Assembly (NCBI GenBank): GCA_002722595.1
Contig: PBMO01000016.1
Coordinates: 984-40,352 of the forward strand
Length of the DNA: 39,369 bases
DNA from: Methanobacteriota archaeon
GTDB taxonomy: Archaea; Thermoplasmatota; Poseidoniia; Poseidoniales; Thalassarchaeaceae
Direction: 5' to 3'
In this document: positions 25,887-34,848 of the stretch, piece by piece
Layout of the letters: each line of letters begins with the position of its first letter
How positions within the stretch are numbered: the first letter of the stretch is position 1
Notes under the pieces: model-generated
What the model was told of the DNA's origin: nothing
The model's database searches: none
The model's input: the letters and a program-made list of their open reading frames with translations, nothing else
Program-made: the position numbers and the translations under genes

Positions 25887-25995
25887 CTTCCTCTTGGAGG
25901 AATAGGGGCCATCCTAATCATTCACCTTTTCATGTTTGCGAAAGCAATCCACCCACAGAGGTCGTTTTCCTCGTGATTACACATATCGGAATATC

Positions 25996-27594
25996 TCATA
26001 GCCTGGGGCCAATCATATTCTCCGGTCTGACCCACTCATCGAATTGATCATTTGTCAGTAGGTTGAGTTGTAGCGCAGATTCTCTGAGCGTAATCGATTT
26101 CTCATGAGCATTTTTAGCTATTTTTGCAGCATTATCGTACCCAATATGGTTATTTAATGCAGTAACTAGCATGAGAGAATTTTCCAAATGTGATTGTATT
26201 GCATCGTGGTTTGCTTCAAGGCCAGTGATACATTTGTCTGTGAATGCATGGCATGTATCTGCAAGTAACCTTGTGCTGTGTAATAGGTTATGGATCATCA
26301 TCGGTTTGTAGACATTCAATTCGAAATTGCCTTGGCTGCCGCCGATTGAAATTGCAGTATTGTTGCCCATTACTTGACAGCAAACCATTGTCATCGCTTC
26401 AGCTTGGGTGGGGTTTACTTTCCCAGGCATTATACTCGAGCCCGGCTCGTTTGCAGGTAGTGAAAGTTCCCCAAAACCACACCTTGGTCCAGAACCCAGC
26501 CACCGGATGTCATTTGCAATTTTCATCAGGCTAGCTGCAAGTGTGTTTAGTGCACCACTTGCTGATACAATTGCGTCATGTGCAGCAAGTTGTGCAAATT
26601 TGTTTTCAGCACTGATGAACGGTAAACCCGTTTTTTCAGCAATATGGCCTGCTACCGTTTCAGCAAAATCAGGATGCGTATTCAATCCAGTGCCTACAGC
26701 GGTTCCTCCGAGTGCAAGTTCAAACAGGTCCTCGAGTGCAAACTCAATTCTTCGTATATCTGAATCAAGCATTGACACGTAGCCACTGAATTCTTGTCCT
26801 AGTGTCAGTGGAACTGCATCCATGAGATGGGTCCGACCAATCTTGACAACGCTGTCAAACTCTTTTCCCTTATTTGCAAGAGCATCCCTCATTTTACGAA
26901 TGGCGGGAATCAATTGGTGGTGAAATGATTCAGCACTTGAAATGTGCATTGCAGTAGGAAAAGTGTCGTTTGATGATTGTGCTTTATTTACATGGTCATT
27001 TGGGTGCACAGGTTCCTTCGAACCAAGGACACCACCTGCCAATTCAATTGCTCTATTTGCAATCACCTCATTTGCATTCATGTTGGTCTGTGTACCTGAT
27101 CCAGTTTGCCAAACTCTTAGGGGAAAGTGACCATCCAATGAGCCATCAATAACCTCTTCACACGCTGATATAATCAATTCACCAACAACAGGGTCGAGCA
27201 TGCTCAACTCACAATTCGTCATTGCAGCTGCCTGTTTTAAGATCCCAAATGCACGAATAACTCCTCGAGGCATTGTATCGTCACCTATGTCGAAATTAAT
27301 CAGCGAACGCGCAGTTTGGCAGCCATAGTATTTGTCAGCAGGGACTTCTAATTCACCCATGGTGTCAATTTCAATCCTTACATCACCTGGTTTTGATGAG
27401 GCCTTTCGCTCTTCAACTGCTGCTTGAAGTGGTGCAGCGTTTTGTCCATCGAGGGCTTCTTCAATCATCCTCGAAATAGTAGCACTTCTTCCTTCATTTC
27501 TTCCTCTTCCGACTCTCCGATCCAGTCTTTTTGCAATGTTCTCTGGTATGCTTATACTCATGATTCTGCGGTCGCCGGCTCTATGCTTCGCCAT
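25996..27594 (-). CDS. fumC: Class II fumarate hydratase with N-terminal ribbon-helix-helix extension
   Basis: [37 protein letters not shown] and [13 protein letters not shown]; ~70 extra N-terminal residues. Confidence 0.95.
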   Translation of the reverse strand: MAKHRAGDRRIMSISIPENIAKRLDRRVGRGRNEGRSATISRMIEEALDGQNAAPLQAAVEERKASSKPGDVRIEIDTMGELEVPADKYYGCQTARSLINFDIGDDTMPRGVIRAFGILKQAAAMTNCELSMLDPVVGELIISACEEVIDGSLDGHFPLRVWQTGSGTQTNMNANEVIANRAIELAGGVLGSKEPVHPNDHVNKAQSSNDTFPTAMHISSAESFHHQLIPAIRKMRDALANKGKEFDSVVKIGRTHLMDAVPLTLGQEFSGYVSMLDSDIRRIEFALEDLFELALGGTAVGTGLNTHPDFAETVAGHIAEKTGLPFISAENKFAQLAAHDAIVSASGALNTLAASLMKIANDIRWLGSGPRCGFGELSLPANEPGSSIMPGKVNPTQAEAMTMVCCQVMGNNTAISIGGSQGNFELNVYKPMMIHNLLHSTRLLADTCHAFTDKCITGLEANHDAIQSHLENSLMLVTALNNHIGYDNAAKIAKNAHEKSITLRESALQLNLLTNDQFDEWVRPENMIGPRL

Positions 27595-27610
27595 GCTTGG
27601 CCGAATATTA

Positions 27611-27633
27611 TTTAGTTATTAATTATAACTAAA
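27611..27633. promoter_or_regulatory. Palindromic operator candidate over the fumC promoter
   Basis: TTTAGTTAT-TAATT-ATAACTAAA, perfect 9-bp arms, 17-39 nt upstream of the ATG. Confidence 0.55.
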
Positions 27634-27642
27634 ATAGAAACA

Positions 27643-28152
27643 TCAAACCCGACTGATACTGATTATTTTCACGGGCTCGCGGGGTCGGTCTTGGAATCCT
27701 GTGGGCGTTGTCTCAATTGCTGTTACAACATCCATTCCAGACACCACTTTTCCGAACACTGGGTGCGCACTCGGAGTTCGGGTATCCCACCAATCGAGGA
27801 ATTGATTGTGTACAGTATTGATGAAAAACTGTGATCCACCACTATTAGGTCCCGCGTTAGCCATACTTAGTGTACCAACTTCATTGGAAAACTTTGCACT
27901 AAGAAGGTGCTCATCTGCAATTTTGTACCCAGGGTCGCCGGTACCACATCTGGGGCTATTTGGGTCGCGACTGTGTGGACATCCTCCTTGGAGCATGAAC
28001 CCTTTTATGACTCGATGAAAATGCAAGCCATTGTAATATCCATCATCGACTAATTTCAGAAAATTCCCAGCAGTTATCGGCATCGTGTCTGTAAATAGTT
28101 CAATGGCGACATCTCCTTTGCTTGTACTCATCATTACCTGTGTTCCAGTCAT
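27643..28152 (-). CDS. Cyclophilin-type peptidyl-prolyl cis-trans isomerase
   Basis: YYNGLHFHRVIKGFMLQGG, LSMANAGPNSGGSQFFI, HPVFGKV. Confidence 0.96.
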   Translation of the reverse strand: MTGTQVMMSTSKGDVAIELFTDTMPITAGNFLKLVDDGYYNGLHFHRVIKGFMLQGGCPHSRDPNSPRCGTGDPGYKIADEHLLSAKFSNEVGTLSMANAGPNSGGSQFFINTVHNQFLDWWDTRTPSAHPVFGKVVSGMDVVTAIETTPTGFQDRPREPVKIISISRV

Positions 28153-28231
28153 AACCGGTCGCGAGTGTATGAGGTTCTTGACTATGTGTGGTAGTGATTC
28201 ACAAAATCAATTTAGAAAAATACCTGTGTTA

Positions 28232-28819
28232 CTATGCGTAATCAGCAAGTGTAGTTAGGGGTATAAGTGGGATTCCAGCTGCAGAAAATGCATCTTGTCC
28301 ACCTTCTTCTCGATCCACGATAGTAATGCATGCGACTACTTGGCAACCCATATCTTGTAGTCTCGCGCACGCTTTCAGAGCAGAACCACCAGTGGTTGTC
28401 ACATCTTCTAGAATTACTACTCGGTCGCCCGCTTGAATTGTACTTCCTTCAATACCGGGTGGATTTCCTGTTTTTCTCCCACCTCTTCCCTTAGGCTCTT
28501 TTCTCATTATGAATCCACGTAATGAACTACCCACGCCAGCTTTGGCAATAGCAATCCCAGTGAGGGGGACTGCACCTAATTCTAGTCCACCAACAACATC
28601 GACGCCTCCTTCAATATTGTCGATTCTATCATGAATCAAAACCCCGAGCAAATGAGCGGATTCTGGATCACACATAACTGGCTTGGTATCAAAGAAATGT
28701 TTGCTTGTACGACCAGAAGCCAACGTAAACTCTTCAGTATCTGCACAAAGGTATGCGAGATTTCGAACCTTTTCGATTAATCGCGTACGAGCATCGTCTA
28801 TTGTAGTACTCTCAGCCAT
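28232..28819 (-). CDS. pyrE: Orotate phosphoribosyltransferase
   Basis: FTLASGRTSKHFFD, GGLELGAVP, RKEPK and PRPP motif VILEDVTTTGGS; GGGGAG before ATG 28819. Confidence 0.93.
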   Translation of the reverse strand: MAESTTIDDARTRLIEKVRNLAYLCADTEEFTLASGRTSKHFFDTKPVMCDPESAHLLGVLIHDRIDNIEGGVDVVGGLELGAVPLTGIAIAKAGVGSSLRGFIMRKEPKGRGGRKTGNPPGIEGSTIQAGDRVVILEDVTTTGGSALKACARLQDMGCQVVACITIVDREEGGQDAFSAAGIPLIPLTTLADYA

Positions 28820-28940
28820 ATTCTCCCCGTTATTCGTCGTTGTCGGCCTCCCATGAACCTTCGCCGAGATAGTCCACACTTGGTTGTGAAGTGTTTCGTA
28901 CAACACCCAATGCTTTTGGAGGACCGTCATTCCTAGGGGA

Positions 28941-31900
28941 ATGTTCGCACGGTGTGATGGTATGACAGAGGAGGTTGGAGTTCGGCTATTCGCCCCACTC
29001 GACGTCCAAAGATTAGAGGATGAGATGGATAACTATCACAATCTTTTGGATCAACAGTGTGAAGAAATTTATCAACTTGCAGCTGAAGCACGTTCGAAGG
29101 GTTATGACCTTAGTGCCGAGGTCGAGATACCTAGAGCCATTGATCTAGCAGACCGTGCTGAAAAGTTGCTGCAAGAATATCTGAAACCATCTGCAGACGA
29201 AGACCCAATTCCAATTCAGGAAGAAATCCGAAAAAAACTGGGAGAGACAGATAGAGAATCCGCTTCGATTGAAATGGGAGTTTTTGTTGCAAAGAAGATG
29301 TATGATGCTACTGCTGACTATCAAAAGAGTGTAGACGCAGGCTTGCGTGTTGGGTTGGCAGTTCTCACTGAAGCCATTCTTGTGGCACCACTAGAAGGAA
29401 TTGGAGATGTTAGGATTCTCAATAATGTAGACGGTACACGATTCGTCTCAATTGATTTCTGTGGTCCGATTCGAGCAGCAGGTGGCACTGCCCAAGCACT
29501 AGCAGTTCTAATCGCAGACATGATTCGTATTGAGTTGGGACTTGCAAAATATGAACCAACCACTCCAGAGGTGGAGCGTGTTAAGGAAGAGTTCGGTTTG
29601 TATAGAGGTGGTTTGCAATACAAACCCCCTCCTGAAGAAATTGAAATGATTGTACGCGCCTGTCCTATTATGGTTAATGGGGAAGAGACTGAGAGTATCG
29701 AATGCGCAGGATACTCAGAGGTTCGTAATATCACAGGAAAAAGAATCCGTGGAGGTGTTCTGTTGGTTATTGGAGAGGGCCTTTGTCTTAAGGCTAATAA
29801 AATCCAGAAACACACTGAGCGATTGGAGGTCCAAGGATGGGATTTCATCTCAAAATTTGCTGCAAAAAGCTCCAAGGAAACTAATGGAAATCTGGTTAAA
29901 CGAAGGACGATAAAAACTGATTCGCGTTTTATGAGGGATATAATCGCAGGGCGGCCAATTTTTGGAGAGCCGAATACTGCTGGTGGTTTTCGATTAAGAT
30001 ATGGCCGTCCTAGAACGTCTGGTCTTGCAGCAGCAGGAGTGAACCCCACATCTATGCATGCGATGGGCGATTTTCTTTCCGTAGGCACGCAGATGAAAAT
30101 TGAGCGACCTGGAAAAGCATGTGCTGTTGTGCCATGCGAAGAAATAGAGGGTCCAACCGTTCTTCTGAAAAGTGGCCGTTATGGCAGAATACAATCAACC
30201 GCCAGTTGGATGAAGGTTTCTGACGAGGTTTTGTCAATATGGGACAACGGCGAAATCATGATTGGTTATGGTGAATTTTCTGAAAATAACAAGCCATTGG
30301 TACCTTCAGGATACGTTTCTGATTGGTTTGCTAGCGATTTGATTGAAGCATTAGATAGTGAAGAAAAAGTCCAGCAGTTCGCAGACATTTTGGGTGCACC
30401 ACGCCGTCGTTTACCAGACGGGATCCCCTCATCAGGGTCACTTGAATCAGGGACCTCTGCTCTTGACAATCTTCAGCGGAAAAGGGCATGGCATCGCCGT
30501 TTGAGGAAAATGACATTGGACTGGGAATCAGTAACAAAAATATCGAAGACTTTCCTTACTGCGATCCCTCCACCTTGGAATCTATGGTGGAATGATTTAC
30601 CTCTAGAATTTGCTGAATATCTCATAAATGCAATAATCTCATCAACAATTGAATCGGCTCAAAACTTGAAAGATGGAGTAGTCACTGAACCATTACCAGA
30701 CAGGCATTGGATGAGGTTGCCAGGTGCTGCAGAGGGCTGGATACCAATCGACCACACTCCAACTGAGTTTACAGGTGATTCAACAAATCACCAGTCAAAA
30801 AAATCTGAAAAATCCATAGCGCCAGAAAAAATGCCTGGTTCAATTGATTCGATAACCCCCTCATCTCTTGGAGATTGGCCAAGGAATATTCAGCATGAAG
30901 AACATGGCGTGGTTAAGTCCTCTCTGATGATTCTTGGCCTTCCCCACATCCATGACGGCAATGACATCCTGATTATTCATGGTTGGCAATCACTTGTGGA
31001 AGGTCTTGGCATTCATCTTGAAGCAAAAGTTTCTGCTAAACCTTCAGTCATTGTCGATGCGAAATCACATATCGAATCGAGAATATCTGATTTGATAGTT
31101 GCAAAGCAGATAGTTGGTGATGAGGAAAAAAGAGTCAAAGATTTGGAACACCAAAGATCAATTCTGAGAATAGAAGCAGAAACAGCAGCAAGACAGAGAG
31201 GGGAAACTATCGAAGCCACCGAAAAAGAAGGAAGGAAAGCCGCAGATAAGATTCCTGACCCCGGTCCAGAGAATGCTTCAGAGTTGGAACGTTCTCTCAA
31301 ACTTCTTGATGACCATGAAGTGGACGGCTCTCTTTGGTTGGTTAGAAAGTGCAGTGATTTACGCTGGGTTGCAGCAGCACCTTGCAGAATTGGGTGCAGA
31401 ATGGGCCGGCCAGAAAAGGCGGCACCTAGAGAAATGAAAGGGAAGCCCCACAGTATTTTCCCAATTGGAAATGATGGTGGACCACAACGCTTGATTACAC
31501 AGGCAGCAAATAAGGGCAGCATTCTTGCAACTATGGGTGTTAGGGAGTGCATATCATGTGGCCGACGAACTCCATACACAATTTGCCATCACCGAAACAT
31601 TCCAGAAGAACCGATTGAATGTGGCGGTAAGACAAAACCTGTAGAGGATATGAAAAACAACAATTCTCGTCGTAAAGGAATTAATCAGTCCGTGAATATA
31701 CCCTCTATTCTTGAAGTGAAGAGAATTAAAATGGGTTTAGACAGAATTCCAAAGAAGTTCAAAGGAGTCAAGGGATTGACATCAAAAGAACGCTACCCTG
31801 AACCTTTGGAAAAAGGAATACTTAGGGCTAAACATCAACTTCCATCTTTCAAAGCTGGAACGATAAGATATGACATGATTGATGTACCGGTGACTCATTT

Positions 31901-33095
31901 CAGACCCAAGGATATTGGGACTCCATTTGAGAGATTAGTTGAGTTGGGATATTCGACTGACATTGACGGTAAACCATTGTCTTCTGAGAATCAGATTTTG
32001 GAGTTGTATCCACAGGATTTCATACCAAGTACCAAAGCCGAAGATTATCTGTTGAGGACATGTGCTTACGTAGATGAATTGCTTATGAGATTCTATGGTA
32101 TGGACCCATTCTACAATGTAAACAAAGGGGAAGATCTAGTAGGCCATCTATTTGTTGGACTTGCCCCTCACACATCAGGAGGAGTATTGACTCGGATTAT
32201 TGGTTGGTCTACTGCGAGTGCGGGCTATGGGCACACATTGTATCATGCTGCAAAGAGACGGAATTGCGATGGTGACGAAGATGCGATTATTCTGCTCTTA
32301 GATTGCTTATTGAATTTCAGCCGTGATTTACTTCCTAGTAATCGAGGTGGCCGCATGGATGCACCGCTAACACTCACTACGCGATTGAATCCCACAGAAT
32401 TGGATAAAGAGGCATTGAATGTAGACACATCTTGGTGGTACAATCGCGATTTTTACGAATCTACTCAGGAGCAACCAACTCCTTACGAGATAAGCGATAA
32501 GATGGATACCGTTGAGAAACGAATTGGTACCATTGGAGCAGTTCGTGGTTATGGATTCACACATGATACAACATCGATTGACAGTGGCCCAGAAAACTCA
32601 TCATACAAAACTCTTGAAACAATGATTGACAAGATGAATGCACAATTATTGTTGGGTCAAAAACTCAGGGGCGTTGATGTTCGAAAAGTCGCGAGTCAAG
32701 TGGTTGAATCACATTTTCTTCCAGACTTACGCGGTAACCTTGTCGCATTTACCCGACAAAAGTTTAGGTGCGTTCGTTGTGGTGAATCGTACCGTAGAAT
32801 GCCTCTTGCTGGACAATGTATCAAGTCTTCCGATAAATCCCAGAATTCCGGAGGCCTTCGCAGAGGAATGGATTTCACTCAAGGTGAGCAACACCTATGT
32901 GGTGGAAATTTAGCATTAACTGTGAGTGAGGGAGCCGTTAGAAAATACATCAAAGTCATTCAGCATGTTATTGATCATTATGACGTAAATTTGTATACTC
33001 GACAACGAGTTCAAGGCCTTGTTGACAGTACCGATTCCTTGTTCAAAAATGACCGTGTCAAGGTATTCACTCTTGATGATTTTATCAGTGGATAA
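28941..33095 (+). CDS. polC: DNA polymerase D large subunit DP2
   Basis: GPIRAAGGTAQAL, GGFRLRYGR, IGCRMGRPEKA, HAAKRRNCDGDED catalytic motif, C-terminal Zn finger RCVRC; start may be ATG 28962. Confidence 0.97.
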   Translation: MFARCDGMTEEVGVRLFAPLDVQRLEDEMDNYHNLLDQQCEEIYQLAAEARSKGYDLSAEVEIPRAIDLADRAEKLLQEYLKPSADEDPIPIQEEIRKKLGETDRESASIEMGVFVAKKMYDATADYQKSVDAGLRVGLAVLTEAILVAPLEGIGDVRILNNVDGTRFVSIDFCGPIRAAGGTAQALAVLIADMIRIELGLAKYEPTTPEVERVKEEFGLYRGGLQYKPPPEEIEMIVRACPIMVNGEETESIECAGYSEVRNITGKRIRGGVLLVIGEGLCLKANKIQKHTERLEVQGWDFISKFAAKSSKETNGNLVKRRTIKTDSRFMRDIIAGRPIFGEPNTAGGFRLRYGRPRTSGLAAAGVNPTSMHAMGDFLSVGTQMKIERPGKACAVVPCEEIEGPTVLLKSGRYGRIQSTASWMKVSDEVLSIWDNGEIMIGYGEFSENNKPLVPSGYVSDWFASDLIEALDSEEKVQQFADILGAPRRRLPDGIPSSGSLESGTSALDNLQRKRAWHRRLRKMTLDWESVTKISKTFLTAIPPPWNLWWNDLPLEFAEYLINAIISSTIESAQNLKDGVVTEPLPDRHWMRLPGAAEGWIPIDHTPTEFTGDSTNHQSKKSEKSIAPEKMPGSIDSITPSSLGDWPRNIQHEEHGVVKSSLMILGLPHIHDGNDILIIHGWQSLVEGLGIHLEAKVSAKPSVIVDAKSHIESRISDLIVAKQIVGDEEKRVKDLEHQRSILRIEAETAARQRGETIEATEKEGRKAADKIPDPGPENASELERSLKLLDDHEVDGSLWLVRKCSDLRWVAAAPCRIGCRMGRPEKAAPREMKGKPHSIFPIGNDGGPQRLITQAANKGSILATMGVRECISCGRRTPYTICHHRNIPEEPIECGGKTKPVEDMKNNNSRRKGINQSVNIPSILEVKRIKMGLDRIPKKFKGVKGLTSKERYPEPLEKGILRAKHQLPSFKAGTIRYDMIDVPVTHFRPKDIGTPFERLVELGYSTDIDGKPLSSENQILELYPQDFIPSTKAEDYLLRTCAYVDELLMRFYGMDPFYNVNKGEDLVGHLFVGLAPHTSGGVLTRIIGWSTASAGYGHTLYHAAKRRNCDGDEDAIILLLDCLLNFSRDLLPSNRGGRMDAPLTLTTRLNPTELDKEALNVDTSWWYNRDFYESTQEQPTPYEISDKMDTVEKRIGTIGAVRGYGFTHDTTSIDSGPENSSYKTLETMIDKMNAQLLLGQKLRGVDVRKVASQVVESHFLPDLRGNLVAFTRQKFRCVRCGESYRRMPLAGQCIKSSDKSQNSGGLRRGMDFTQGEQHLCGGNLALTVSEGAVRKYIKVIQHVIDHYDVNLYTRQRVQGLVDSTDSLFKNDRVKVFTLDDFISG

Positions 33096-34103
33096 TCACT
33101 TCTCATTTCCGCTCAAACGTCGCCACAAGTCGCCAACAGTTCGTATATTCCGGTCTTCTTCGACCTTTCCAGTCAAGCCCTCTGTTGTACCCTTACCAAG
33201 TTCTTCCTCAAGTTCATCCAGTGTTTCATCGACAAACTCCTCTGTATCTCCATCCGCCTCAGCGGCCTGTGCAGCAAATCTCTCCCTCATATTCTTCCGT
33301 TGCAATTCCATACTCAGATCAGTCTCACTAGTTTGAAACCCTATCAAATCGTTGACCTCAGCTGCATTTCCTCCAGACATCGAAGTCATGACTTGTTCCC
33401 ATTCCTCTTTTTGTCTACGTTTATGCAATGGCATATTGCGGACGATGGCCGCATTCCTTCTCTTCATAATTTGTCTAATTGTCCTATCTGCAATTCCTAA
33501 GAACAACCCAAGAAGATTAGCTGCGATAAACCCCTCTACTCGGAAAGGCTCCCATATGTGGATACCCAAATCCATTTCAGCACTTAAATTTCTAGAGGGA
33601 TAGACATCAGCAGAACCATCCTCAAGAATCACAGTTGTATAGAAATTATATTTTCCAGGATATAATTGAAGTTGCATATCAGGACATACTTGGTCAGATT
33701 CTCCTTCCCAAAGCAGTTCTTTTGCCGCATCACCTGAACCAGATTCATGATACTGCAATCGAACAGTAACGACTGAAGCGGTTTCATTGATGGGTTTGAA
33801 ATCACAGTTCAAGTCAACATTTGTTTCTCGATCCATTTTCAACATATCAGGTATGGTTAACACATAGTTCCCATTCAGTACCCTTCCATGTTCATTGACC
33901 TCATTCACAGCAACTGCATGAGATGCTTGCAGCCATATCAAGTTGAGCAGGATCCAAGTAATCAAAGTCGCGAAAAAACGTACGCGGCCATTTTTCGGAT
34001 TCTTCCCAGATTTCTTGTCATCTACGTTGGTTTCACGAGCCATCGCCTCTTGGACTAGATTCAGAACTTCACCCCCAACAAATCGAGGATTCGTTTCATC
34101 CAC
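33096..34103 (-). CDS. Hypothetical membrane protein (2 TM, extracellular domain, acidic tail)
   Basis: Long ORF with two hydrophobic segments; start uncertain (ATG 34043 possible). Confidence 0.7.
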   Translation of the reverse strand: MDETNPRFVGGEVLNLVQEAMARETNVDDKKSGKNPKNGRVRFFATLITWILLNLIWLQASHAVAVNEVNEHGRVLNGNYVLTIPDMLKMDRETNVDLNCDFKPINETASVVTVRLQYHESGSGDAAKELLWEGESDQVCPDMQLQLYPGKYNFYTTVILEDGSADVYPSRNLSAEMDLGIHIWEPFRVEGFIAANLLGLFLGIADRTIRQIMKRRNAAIVRNMPLHKRRQKEEWEQVMTSMSGGNAAEVNDLIGFQTSETDLSMELQRKNMRERFAAQAAEADGDTEEFVDETLDELEEELGKGTTEGLTGKVEEDRNIRTVGDLWRRLSGNEK

Positions 34104-34798
34104 TCAAGTTTACGCATCTTTCGTTCAGGATTTGTTGACCCTGTCCATCTACCAATGACGTCAGTGCTAAAGCCACGAAGAATCAAATTTTCAGGTCCAG
34201 CCCCAATTGAAATTGCGAAACACACCGCCCTATCACCATCGGTAAAACCACCTGGATTGTGCATTCCAGATATAGGTAAAGGAGTTTGGTGTGTAAGAAC
34301 AATTGGATTCTTGTATAGTGCCAGAGCTTCTAACAAATATCTCCACTGTTCATGGTTATCACCATGGGCGTGTATGACAAAGGGCACACCCTTTTCTGCC
34401 GCCAGTAGTAGATGCGACATATCCCCGTCCCCATCTGTAACCACACAAATCAACGAATCCCATGCATCTTCAGGTCGAGTTGATTCAGTAAGCACTCCTA
34501 CAGCACCATCCGCTGCAATAATTGCTTCATTATTGCGGACAGCCGAATCCACATCAATAGCTTCAGCCGCGGCTCCAAGCACTGTTATACTACCCCGCAC
34601 GATTTTTTTTTGCAAGGCTCTCCGAGTTTTTTCACGATTTTCTTCATTCCATATTTCGTCTGTAATTGATATGCGACTGCACTCAGAAAGTAGGCGATTT
34701 GCGGAATCAATATCTCTTTCGAGACTCCATTCAAAATAGGCTCGAATGTCGTCTTGAATTCGAATCAAATCAGTGCCCATAGGGGGTTCCACACCCAC
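34061..34798 (-). CDS. mptE: 6-hydroxymethyl-7,8-dihydropterin pyrophosphokinase MptE-like (DUF115)
   Basis: IAADGA, VVTDGDG, HAHGDN, GGFTDGDRA, KMRKLEW. Confidence 0.85.
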   Translation of the reverse strand: MGVEPPMGTDLIRIQDDIRAYFEWSLERDIDSANRLLSECSRISITDEIWNEENREKTRRALQKKIVRGSITVLGAAAEAIDVDSAVRNNEAIIAADGAVGVLTESTRPEDAWDSLICVVTDGDGDMSHLLLAAEKGVPFVIHAHGDNHEQWRYLLEALALYKNPIVLTHQTPLPISGMHNPGGFTDGDRAVCFAISIGAGPENLILRGFSTDVIGRWTGSTNPERKMRKLEWMKRILDLLGVKF

Positions 34799-34848
34799 CG
34801 TGAGGAATAGAGAGCCTCAAGAACCCTCGTTAACACGGTGGAGAGTCC

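Larger units (their letters stand above)
24657..25930 (+). ncRNA. Large (~1.27 kb) highly structured RNA of unrecognised class
   Basis: More than 20 helices, many capped by GNRA/UNCG/CUUG; G-U pairs favour the + strand; end-closing helix 24743-50/25903-10; duplicated domain with pairing-preserving changes; no credible ORF. Confidence 0.8.

Noticed and set aside
24657-25930. rRNA, RNase P RNA, SRP RNA or tRNA identity
   Set aside because: No universal 16S/23S/5S motifs seen, no GAGGAAAGTCC RNase P P4 motif, no SRP helix-8 motif, no cloverleaf; the TTCGAA at ~25535 and ~25860 lies in a larger loop. By-eye only, Rfam not run
24657-25930. Group I/II intron or HEARO/OMEGA RNA
   Set aside because: No interrupted host gene, no recognisable domain V or P7 core, and no RT, HNH, IscB or TnpB ORF nearby
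24527-26047. Short ORFs (60-108 aa) on both strands in the large gap
   Set aside because: They overlap in conflicting frames, have no motifs and atypical composition; the two repeat copies do not keep a common frame
29321-30088. Long antisense ORFs (also 5530-6225, 368-886, 31013-31579, 34155-34739)
   Set aside because: Shadow frames opposite well-supported genes, Ser/Pro-rich with no motifs
32240-32290. Intein in DP2
   Set aside because: The usual insertion site KRRN/CDGDED is contiguous and no splicing motifs were seen
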